Of a stretch of DNA of 64,000 bases, positions 25,196 through 37,230 are shown piece after piece. The notes under the pieces were generated by a model that was not told the DNA's origin, did no database searches, and saw only the letters and a list, made by a program, of their open reading frames with translations. Position numbers and translations under genes: made by a program. The stretch comes from Octopus sinensis (lineage: Eukaryota). The stretch spans positions 124,001 to 188,000 of the forward strand of contig NW_021834487.1 in NCBI RefSeq assembly GCF_006345805.1. The letters run 5' to 3'. Positions within the stretch are counted from its first letter, which is position 1, and each line of letters begins with the position of its first letter.

Positions 25196-25517
25196 ATTAT
25201 TATTATTATTATTATTATATTATTATTATTATTAATATTATTATTATTATCATCATTAAGGCGGTGAGCTGGGGGAATCCTTTGCACTCCGGACAAAATG
25301 CTTAGCAGCATTTCGTCTGTCCTTAGGTTCTGAGATTAAATTCCGCCGTGGTGGACTTTGCGTTTCATCCTATCGGGGTCGATAAAATCAGTACTGAATA
25401 CTGGGGTCGATGTAATCGACTTGTACACTCCCCCCAAATTCAGGCCACCATGTGCCTACAGCAAAAGAATTATTATTATTATTATTATTATTATTATCAT
25501 TATTATCATTATTATTA

Positions 25518-25559
<42 letters not shown>

Positions 25560-25565
<6 letters not shown>

Positions 25566-26452
25566 TTTTAATCTGCATGTTTGTTACAATCACTTGCCGA
25601 GACACAACCAGTGTCTTGGGGCGAGTGAAGGATAAGAGATGTTACAGCATGATTGAAAGCTTGAGGAATGCAATAGCTAAGTATCTTCATGTAATATAAA
25701 ACAGACATTTAAATGGATAAGATTTTTTTCTTAGGTAATGGGTAGTACTTGTCAGCACAATCTTTTGGATTTCTCAGCGACATGGTTCTCCTGGGATCTT
25801 ATCTAGATTTTTCTGACATCCCTTTTTATCATACTTAGTGAACCTACAATAACAGGAACAGTTTTGGGATGCCACATTTTTTGTATTTCAATTTCCATGT
25901 CCTTATATTTACATAATTTGTCAAATTCCTTTACGGATATATTTTTATCAGTGGGAACACTTGCATCAATTAGTCTACAAGTATTTACTTCCCATCTTTA
26001 ATAATAATGTCTGGTCGATTAGCTTGGATCGTTCTGTCTGTGTTCACTGGAAAATCCCCGAGGATAGTGACATTTTTACCTTCAACGACTAGCTCAGGAT
26101 AATGTTCATACCAGTAAGCAGGAGTGCTGATTTTATAATGTTTACATATTTCCAAATGTAAATATTGTCCTAGCCCATCGTGGAAATTTTTTTTATTCGT
26201 TTGGTGTCAGCACAGGACATTTCGAGACGAGATGTTCTATTATTTCATCAAATCTATAGCGGAATTTGCATTTAGGGTCCGAAAGCTTTTGAAGAACGTT
26301 AGCCTGGTAGTTTTTTGATTTTGTGCCGCCAATATGAAAGTTTCAGTCTCTGCTTTCAATCCTGAACTTAGTCCTGAACTCATCAACCACGGATTATTAT
26401 TATTATTATTATTATTATTATTTTATTATTATCATTATTATCATTATTATTA

Positions 26453-26491
<39 letters not shown>

Positions 26492-27314
26492 TATATTTTT
26501 ATCTGCATGTTTGTTACAATCACTTCCGAGACACAACCAGTGTCTTGGGGCGAGTGAAGATAAGAGATGTTACAGCATGATTGAAAGCTTGAGGAATGCA
26601 ATAGCTAAGTATCTTCATGTAATATAAAACAGACATTTAAATGGATAAGATTTTTTCTTAGGTAATGGGTAGTACTTGTCAGCACAATCTTTTGGATTTC
26701 TCAGCGACATGGTTCTCCTGGGATCTTATCTAGATTTTTCTGACATCCCTTTTTATCATACTTAGTGAACCTACAATAACAGGAACAGTTTTGGGATGCC
26801 ACATTTTTGTATTTCAATTTCCATGTCCTTATATTTACATAATTTGTCAAATTCCTTTACGGATATATTTTTATCAGTGGGAACACTTGCCTCAATTAGT
26901 CTACAAGTATTTACTTCCCATCTTTAATAATAAGTCTGGTCGATTAGCTTGGATCGTTCTGTCTGTGTCACGGAAAATCCCCGAGGATAGTGACATTTTT
27001 ACCTTCAACGACTAGCTCAGGATAATGTCATACAGTAAGCAGGAGTGCTGATTTTATAATGTTTACATATTTCCAATGTAATATTGTCCTAGCCCATCGT
27101 GGAAATTTTTTTTATTCGTTTGGTGTCAGCACAGGACATTTCGAGACGAGATGTTCTATTATTTCATCAAATCTATAGCGGAATTTGCATTTAGGTCCCG
27201 AAAGCTCTTTGAAGAACGTTAGCCTGGTAGTTATTTTTGATTTTGTGCCGCCAATATGAAAGTTTCAGTCTCTGCTTTCAATCCTGAACTTAGTCCTGAA
27301 CTCATCAACCACGG
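25560..27314 (-). mobile_element. Dong/R4-like non-LTR retrotransposon 3' fragment (Zn-knuckle plus RLE), in two tandem copies
   Basis: Minus strand gives DPKCKFRYRFDEIIEHLVSKCPVL and DFPVNTDRTIQANRPDIIIKD...LIDASVPTDKNISVKEFDKLCKYKDMEIEIQKMW. Copies at ~25560-26392 and ~26490-27314 (~930-bp period), each bounded by (ATT)n. Confidence 0.8.
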
Positions 27315-27365
<51 letters not shown>

Positions 27366-27729
27366 TAATTAATTAATTAATTAATTAAGGCGATGAGCCA
27401 GCAAATTCGTTAACACGCCGGGTAAAATGTTTAGCAGCATTCCATCTATCTTTGCGTTCTGAAATCAAATTCCGTCGAGGTCGACTTTGCCCTTCATCCA
27501 TAATATCATTATTATTATTATTATTAATTATGGTAATGAACTGGCAGAATCATTAGCATGCGCCTGCACGTTATGAATTCAAATTACGCCGAGGTCGACG
27601 TTGCCTTTCACTATTTCGGGGTCGATAATATATGTACCATTTGAATACTGGGGTCGATGTAATCGACTTACCCCCTCCCCCAAAATGGCAGCCTTGTGGA
27701 AAAACTTGATTCCATTATTATCATTATTA

Positions 27730-27764
<35 letters not shown>

Positions 27765-28320
27765 ATTATTATTTTATTATTATTATTATTATTATTATTG
27801 TTATTATTATTATTGTTATTCTAATTATTATTATTATTATTATTATTATTGTTATTATTATTATTATTGCAAATGTCAACAGTTTTCAAGACGTATTTCG
27901 CAGTCTCGGCCATCACATCCGTGCCGTGAACTGAGTTCGTACAAGTATGTTTTCCTGTAAAATCCATACATATAAAACAATAGAAATAATCTTAGTGCAG
28001 ATGCTTTACAACGAAACTTGGCCCATGACGCCGTCGTGGAATTTCATAATCAGTATTATTAATATTAAATAAACAACTGTAACTCTTAAAGCATTTGCCA
28101 CATGTATTAGCAGTTGACCTTAACGACAAGCGGCAAGAAATTAATTATTATGATATAAAGTGGCTGTGCTTCCTTGGTGACTTTATCTTGTGATATAATA
28201 ATGTAAAAACCATGTCGTTGTTATGCTAAGATTTCGTCTCAAAATACTTGAGTCTGACTGCGCCATATTTGTTTTTATCACCAGGTATGTGTGTATATGT
28301 GTGTGTGTGTGTATCTGTCT

Positions 28321-28402
<82 letters not shown>

Positions 28403-28709
28403 ACGTGCATTCGTGCTTAAGTATGTATGTGTAGGTATGTGTTTATGTGTCGATACGTGTCGCTATATATACGATTGCGTAAACGAAAGAGAAAAAGCGA
28501 AGTCAGTAGACAGAGCTTCCCCCTTGGCGATCAATCACATAACTTTTCATTACTTCGAAGTAGGTGACAACTTAAAGGTCAAGCTTAAAGTAAATAAGCT
28601 CACACACACACACACAGACACACACACACACACACAAACACACACATACACACACATGCATGAACATTTGTACGAACCCAAACGCAAACATACATACGCA
28701 GACAAATGT

Positions 28710-29210
28710 ATGGCTGTGCGGTAAAGAATCTAGCTCTGCAACCACATGGTTTCGTGTTCAACCAAGCTGCGCGGCAAGTGTTATCTGCTATAAGCAATGG
28801 CTTCGGAGTGAATTTGTTAGACGGAAACTGAATGGAAGCTCGTCATGTATGTGCGTGCGTGTGCCTATCTGCGTGTGTCTTTTTTTTCTGGATTTGTCAT
28901 ACACGCGAAAGAATGATAAAGGTATTGGTTGGCCAATCCCCTCCTTTTTAAGCAAGTAAATCGGCAAAAGAGACTGATACAATAAGTACCTGCTATATCG
29001 CACGTTCGGATGACCTCTACTCAAATCCTCGACGTCTAGACTTCTCCCTCTATACCTAGGTATTGGGCTAGCCTGCTTCATCGTCTGGGGGCGTCGACAC
29101 AACAGTACCAAATTTAAAACATTATAAACACCAGGGTCGAGTTCTTCCACTAAACGTTTCAGAGCAATGCTCCAGCATGGTCGCTGTCCAAATGTTCAAA
29201 CAAAGAAGAG
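28710..29210 (+). mobile_element. Degenerate SINE family A with a ~120-bp internal insertion
   Basis: Family A head and tail. The insert is bounded by AGTACC direct repeats at 28985-28990 and 29105-29110. Confidence 0.65.
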
Positions 29211-29667
29211 CTAGGAATAGTTTGATGGATGGATAGATGGATAAATGGACGGATGGATAGATGGATGGATGGAGGAATGGATGGATGTGATTATATTTAT
29301 GTATGTTAATATAATGGGTTTAGCAGATAAAGTTCATTTGCATACCGATCCTTCGCCTGCTGAGGATAATCGAGAATAATATATGCATTTAAAATTCTGT
29401 TTTCCTGACTACCGACATTATTTATAGGTCTTATATTCACATATTAGATAATAAATTTATTTAAGTGCAATTCATTTTATATTGTAATTTTCTGTTATTT
29501 AGCATTTCTGTGTAGGCAATGCAACAAAGAATATATATATATATATATATATAATATGTATATATATATATTGAATGTTAATGCGTATTTTATACGCAGT
29601 TCATGCACACAAGCAAACACATACACAAATGCATACACAGATGCATCCGCGTGTATGGGCACGCTGT

Positions 29668-29736
<69 letters not shown>

Positions 29737-30167
29737 TTATTTACATTTACTTGCTCAGAATGTAAAGATATGTCACAAAATATTGCAAAGCATTTTCATG
29801 AATGCTCACCGGGCGGTTTTCTGCTAGAATGTGTTTGACTGGAAATTCTTATGTGGAAACAAATAGCACGGTATACGTATTGTATGATATACAGTTGCGT
29901 ATAAATAAAGTTGCGTTGAAATTTGAAATATAATAAATATTCTATGAAATTTTGATATGAAAAAAAAGATATAGTGTAAAAATTTATTATAAATGCTGAA
30001 CGAAGTATCATCAAGTAAAAATTTTGTAATAAACGTATTTTTAATGAAAACAATTGAATAGAGGCAGTATACATACATACAAACATATATACATGCATGC
30101 AAAAGCGCAGGCGTGTCTGTGTGGTAAGAATCTTGCTTCCAAACCATATAATTCTAGGTTCAGTCCC

Positions 30168-30221
<54 letters not shown>

Positions 30222-30269
30222 GAGTCCCAGCATGACCGCAGTCTAAGGACTGAAACAAGTAAAGGACAA

Positions 30270-30397
30270 AGCTTGCTTACCACCACATGGTTCCGGTTCG
30301 GTCCCACTGCGTGGCACGTTGGGCAAGTGTCTTTTACCATAGCCTGGGGCCGACCAAAGCCTTGTGAGTGGATTTTGTAGCTGGAAACTAAAAGAAG

Positions 30398-30462
<65 letters not shown>

Positions 30463-30784
30463 GTGTGTGTGGTGTGTGTGTGTGTGTGTGTGTGTTTGTT
30501 TGTGTGTCTGTGTTTGTTCCCCCAGCATCACTTGACAGCCGATGCTGGTGTGTTTACGTCCCCCTAACGTAGCGGTTCGGCAAAAGAAACCGATAGAATA
30601 AGTACTAGGCTTACAAAGAATAAGGCCTGGGGTCGATTTGCTCGACTAAAGGAGGTGCTCCAGCATGGCCGCAGTCAAATGACTGAAACAAGTAAAAGAG
30701 TAAAAGAGTATACAAACATACACACACACATATATATATACATACATACATACGAAAGTACGTACATACATAAACAAATTATAC

Positions 30785-30815
<31 letters not shown>

Positions 30816-31129
30816 TGTGTGTTGTGTGTGTGTGTGGTGTGTGTGTTTGTGTGTCTGTGTTTGTTCCCCCAGCATCACTTGACAGCCGATGCTGGTGTGT
30901 TTACGTCCCCCTAACGTAGCGGTTCGGCAAAAGAAACCGATAGAATAAGTACTAGGCTTACAAAGAATAAGGCCTGGGGTCGATTTGCTCGACTAAAGGA
31001 GGTGCTCCAGCATGGCCGCAGTCAAATGACTGAAACAAGTAAAAGAGTAAAAGAGTATACAAACATACACACACACATATATATACATACATACATACGA
31101 AAGTACGTACATACATAAACAAATTATAC

Positions 31130-31202
<73 letters not shown>

Positions 31203-31210
31203 TTCCCCCT
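30270..31210 (+). mobile_element. SINE family A with a ~347-bp tandem duplication of its 3' half and flank
   Basis: The segment starting tgtttgttcccccagcatcacttgac at 30511 recurs essentially identically at 30858. Confidence 0.85.
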
Positions 31211-31289
31211 ATACCCTGCCTCCTGCTTTTGGTTGCTTTTCCATGTTAAATTGTTGGTTAGGAAAGCAAACTTTTATCCTTCAATTTTT

Positions 31290-31685
31290 TTTTACCATTA
31301 GCTTGTCTGAGTCATTAGAATACGGCCATACTGGGGCATTATTGTTGAATGAATCAAGGTCAGTACTTCATTTTTTTTTAAAGCCCGGTACATATTCTAT
31401 CGATCTTTTTTGAGGAACCGCTAAGTTACGGTTGTAGTGGGAGGGGACAAACACAGACACAACGACATCCATGCTCGCAGGCATGCGCACACACACACAT
31501 ACACACGTGTGTGCGTTTGAGTGACTGTCTTTATTCGGGGCCCGTCCACCAAATTCCTTCATACGGCTTTGGTCAACCCGAGGTTATGGAAGAAGACACT
31601 AGATGAAGGTGATACACAGTGGGACTGAACCCAGAACCACGTGTTTGAGAAGCAAGCTTCTTAGCACACGGCCAACACCTGCGCT
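31290..31685 (-). mobile_element. Degenerate SINE family A copy
   Basis: Reverse-complement head (gggactgaacccagaaccac) and tail motifs. Confidence 0.75.
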
Positions 31686-31779
31686 TGATATAACCATATT
31701 TTTTGTTAAATAATAAATAGAAAAAAAAATTCTTTCTCAATATCTGAACGAGAAACATTCAGTAACAATACTCTAGAGT

Positions 31780-31997
31780 AAAGATTATTTGCCAACATAA
31801 TATGACAGTCCTGATTAGGACGAATGTTACTGTTATTTAACCCCAGGAATCATTGTTTCCAGCTGGCTATCGACGCATTATCTGCGTCTTTATATTTTCG
31901 AACAAGGGAGTTTAGTGTCTCCAATCAGCTCTAAAGCAATATCTGTGTACCAATGGTTTCTGTGCTGATGAAGAGTAATAACCCAGAAACCATGTAC
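31780..31997. mobile_element. Fold-back fragment of a hammerhead-bearing repeat family (partner copy at 49321-49530)
   Basis: 31780-31962 is the diverged reverse complement of ~49347-49530. 31959-31997 carries UCUGUG-CUGAUGA-agaguaauaaccca-GAAA-CCAUGUA. Confidence 0.6.
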
Positions 31998-32208
31998 CAA
32001 CATGGCTGCAGTCATATAACTGAAAAAAGTAAAAGTATACACACACATACATACATACATACATACATACATACATACATACATACATACATACATACAT
32101 ACATACATACATACATACATACAAACAAACAATTGTGAACGTGCTTCCCGAACACATGACTTGCCCTGAATCTTCCTAAACCTTAATCGTTTAACTTTAA
32201 AATTTACT

Positions 32209-32242
<34 letters not shown>

Positions 32243-32400
32243 GTCGAACAATTGGCCTTGGGACTTATTCGTTGTAATAGAACTTATTCTAGATGACTCT
32301 TTTGCCGAATCACTAACTTACGGTGACGTACACACCAACATTGGTTGTCAAATGATGGTGGAGGAGCAAACACAGACACACAAATACATACAGATATATA

Positions 32401-32451
<51 letters not shown>

Positions 32452-32974
32452 CATATATATAAATATATATATATAAATGTATATATATATAGACACATAC
32501 ATACATACATACATACAACATACATACATACATATATATGTATTGCAAAAGAGGGGGGGGGCGTTTTTCTAAATAGGAAAAAATATAGGCAAATTTGCTA
32601 TTGAAATTGCATCTAAAATTGAAAAACTTGTAATTATTTAGAATAAATCTATGTCCATCTATACTAAACTAGTTTCAACAATATTTCTTTGTTTATCATT
32701 AGTAAACATTTTAAATTATGAATTAGAACATCTTTAAATGTTTCAATGTTGACAAATTAAAATGGTCATAACAGACAAATTTAGAATTATGAATTACAAA
32801 AGCATGTTTAGAAATTTCGATGTTGACATGTTCATAACCGTCAAAAATATTAAAATAGAGCAACAATTTGTTTGAATGCTTAAAGTTCATTAGTGATAGT
32901 AGTGATCCATTGATAAACAAAAAATATTGTTGAAATTAGTTTGGTATATATGTAAATAAATTCATTTTAAACAA

Positions 32975-33430
32975 TTACAGAGTATTTGTGGGCCAGTTTA
33001 TATGAGGGAGGTTAAAATCACCCACCACTAGTAAGTTTCCGGAGTTGTATTTTTGAAAGAAGGACTTGATTTTGTTGAGGCACTCTTCAGAACACTTTAG
33101 AGGTGCTTGGGGAGGCCTGTAAAAACCAACAATGATTATCTCTTTGGCTTTATTGAATAGTGATATAGATTCACAACAGCCATTGTAAAATACAATCTTG
33201 GCATCAACTGAAAAGGAGTCATGGAGAAAGATGTCTGTCCCCACCCCCTTTATTTCGGTCTGTCCGATCTACACGGATGATGGTGAAATCTTTTATTTTC
33301 ACTTCGGCATTCATATGTATGCTCTTTAGGTGAGTTTTAGTAAGGATAAAGAAAGGGAAGCAATGTGCCGTTTCGGTAAGCCAATTCTCTATATATGGGA
33401 TCTTTCATTTTTGGACAATGAATGATGGGT
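32975..33430 (-). mobile_element. LINE apurinic-like endonuclease (APE) fragment
   Basis: IIIVGFYRPPQAP...LLVVGDFNLPHINW, preceded by a frameshifted IIRVDRTDRNK/GGG segment. Confidence 0.85.
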
Positions 33431-33960
33431 TATATATATATGATAAGGTGTACATCATTCCGTATCACCCCCAAATTCTTGGCCTTGCTTCTTTAAATAC
33501 ACGAGTTATATAACTAAAAACATCGCATGACTTTTGTCTGTTTGTTAAGCCATTTGCGTTTCCATCCAAACACACAAAAGGAAACTTAGCACACAAGTTT
33601 AGTTAAATATTTGCCTGAAAACTACAGCAAATATTCCACTAAGCACTCCAAGAGCGATTGTGAATTCAATTCGAATTTCCTTAAAAACATACCCTTCTCA
33701 AGGTTTTTGAGAATCTCCAACAACTACCGCTAGATTTTTATTTTTCGTACCCGACAAAAGGAAATATCAAACAAGTCAAGGGTTTTTGCGTACGTAATTC
33801 ACTGGAGCAAACCTTTAATTTATTTATCATGCAATTGATACACTTGAATTATGTTTCTCAGCTCAATTTATATTTTGTTAATACTTTGTTTATATACGGC
33901 TAATAAATTAGTGATTTTACATATATGTGTGTATGTATGAGTGTATGTATGTACGTGTAA

Positions 33961-33997
<37 letters not shown>

Positions 33998-34100
33998 GAT
34001 ATATACAAGCATACATTACATAGCATATATATATATATATTTAATATATATATATATATTATATTTATTTATTTATTTATTTATTTATTATACATATATA

Positions 34101-34144
<44 letters not shown>

Positions 34145-34994
34145 CTATATATACATATATATATATACATATATATATATATATGTTTGTGTGTATATAA
34201 TATATGCTTATATTTATAGATATATGCATGTATAGGTATATGTATGTATGTGTGTATGTATGTATTCATGTATATGTATAACGTATATATGTATATATAC
34301 ATGTATATATTTATATGTGTATGTATACGTATACACACACATACACACACACATATATATATACACTATATATACACATACATACAGACATGCACACGAG
34401 TAAGTATATGTGTTTAATGAACACAGAACTTCACAAGTCTCTTGAAGTCGATAGCGCCACTTTATACGTACTAATGGCAAGAATATCAAATGACAAGGAT
34501 TTTAAAATCAGTCCAGTGAAAGGTCAAACAAATATACAATTTCCTTGGTGCGAACAAATATATATATATTTATATATTTATATATATACGGGAGTTGGAC
34601 ACGTTTTGCTGTTAATTCGATCTGATGTCGTTTGGTGAAACGGAAAAAGAGGAGAGATTGAGTGGGAGTTGCGATAGTTATTTAAACACACGGTCATATA
34701 CTGTTATATTCACATTTGTTTTATTATGTGATATCATTGTATAGTATAATGTGTCAAAATGTCTAGTTGTATATTTACGACCTGGTTACAGACGCAATTA
34801 GTCTGCATTTGTGGCGCAGGGGATTAGATATACTTGTGCAACACGCACATACAAAATCACATGGGTGTATTTACGTGTGACTATGAGAACGACACACAGA
34901 TGCATATGTATACATAAATATAAAACTATACAAACCTCTCTCTCTTTCGATAGATAGATAGATGCATACATACATACATTCATACATACATTTA

Positions 34995-35075
34995 CAGGAG
35001 TTGAACAAAATAGTGGAAACAGCACTTTAATTATTTTTCTGTTGGAAATATGACAAATTCATAACAGTTCTAGTT

Positions 35076-35139
<64 letters not shown>

Positions 35140-36212
35140 GTGTGTGTGTGTGTGTGTGTGTGTGTTAATATGCTTTATGATTGCCTTGCACTTCATGAGA
35201 CAGACCTCTGTTTTTATTCTTCTTTTTTTTTGGGGGCAAATATTTATATTAAATAAGTTAAAATACCTGACCTATCTTGTTTCCAAAGAGTACAAATTGC
35301 TGGAGCGTAGATGTCTGATACTTTAGTTTCTAAATGTGTTCAATTTTTTAGTTTCTGCAAGTATAGTCTCTAAAATCATACTGACGTACAAAACCAAGAT
35401 AAAACCAGCTATGGTATGTATAATTCGGGGCCGTCGAGAAAATTCACCCAGAGGTACTGCACAATAGTGAAATGTCGAACTGCAGTAACAAAATTGGCAG
35501 CAAAGCTAAGCTACTACCTTGTCAACCTAAACCGTTACGAGATCCATAAAACTGGATACCGTAAGAGAGCTACGACTGCAAAATTCCTTCTGTTCCCCAA
35601 CAATGCATAAGCGAAAAAATAAATGGTGTCTAGACTATCAGAAGTGGTCAACGGCTCAATGAAACAACGCTGACTCTGATGTTTCAATATTCACATTTTC
35701 TCCACTTCGAGGCGAGTTTATGTCTGGATCGTAATATCACAGGAATTTTGTTGGCTTTTTTTAGTTGTTCTACATAGTAGAGATATCACCAAGGATTATC
35801 TGAGTATTTTACCTGATTACGTCTATCCTATGGTACATATATTGCTCCCTGATGGTAGCGCAATCTTCTAGAACGATAATGCACCAACTCACGGCTAACA
35901 GTATTCAAAACCGGTTCGAAGAACACAAAATTAAAACAAACCACTTGGACTGGGCCTTCTATCACCGGATCGCAATATCGTCAAACATTTATGATGCCCT
36001 TTGGATGAGTAGTTGAGGGGCAGCTTTGTTGCTGAAAGAGGTTGAGTGGGTTTTAAATGAAAAGAATTTCGAAAATTTCCCCATCGACTGCTTAGAACCC
36101 GTACTAGTGAATTCCTCGATTATTAAAGACCTGATTGATGTGAAAGGTGGACCAATTCCATGTTAAATAGCACTTCTATTTAAGGTGTCTCCATTACTTC
36201 GTCCAATCACTG
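34995..36212 (+). mobile_element. Decayed Tc1-like element with both terminal inverted repeats
   Basis: Left end caggagttgaacaaaatagtggaaaca versus right-end reverse complement cagtgattggacgaagtaatggagaca. Internal DGSAIF*NDNAPTH and SPDRNIVKHL remnants. Confidence 0.7.
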
Positions 36213-36920
36213 TCAGTACACATATGCATATATACATAGTGTAAATACAATGAATACTGAAAACAGGACACACTGGGAAGAATATTTAACACATAAGATG
36301 TTTGTAACATACGTTTCAGTTTTTAAACAAATCTCTTTTGTACAAACATTTTACGCACACACACAAACACTCACATAGCCGTTGGTGTATTCATATATAT
36401 GCATGGGGCATTCGATAATTATAATACATAACCTTGAGGTGGAGATAATTTTAATAAATTAATAGTTTATATTGTATGTTATTTGATATATATGCATTTG
36501 TCTATGTTGTTCAAATGCATGCCACTAGTCACACGGCGCTATTGCTCTTAGCTCATCTTTATATATATGTGCGTGTATATGTGTGTATATGTGCCTCTGT
36601 GTGTGTGTATGTGAGTATGTACGTATGTATGACAATTCATACGTACATATGACAATTCATAAATTAAATTTTAAAATTTATTTTTATTTTTATTTTCTAT
36701 TATTTCCAACTTATAATTATAATCACAACGATTTAATTTTTTTCTTGCATTTTGCATTGTTTTTCGAAACGTACGTACGCATTGAATCCAGTTTACTAAT
36801 AAATTCTGTTTCTGTTTCCCCCATCTCTTCTCCATTTTATACTTGTTTATGCTATATTCTTATACTTATAACGAATCTCCAATATATATATATATATGAA
36901 TTATAAAATATATATATATA

Positions 36921-36972
<52 letters not shown>

Positions 36973-37230
36973 TATATATCTATATATATATATTATATAT
37001 ATATATATACATACACATATATAATATATATATTATACATATATATGTATATCTATTATATATATATATATATAGAATATAATATATATATATAATATAA
37101 TATATATATATACATATATATATATATACTATATGTATATATTATATATATAATATATATATATATATTAGATTATATATATATATATATATATATTATT
37201 ATATACATCTATATATATACATATATATAT

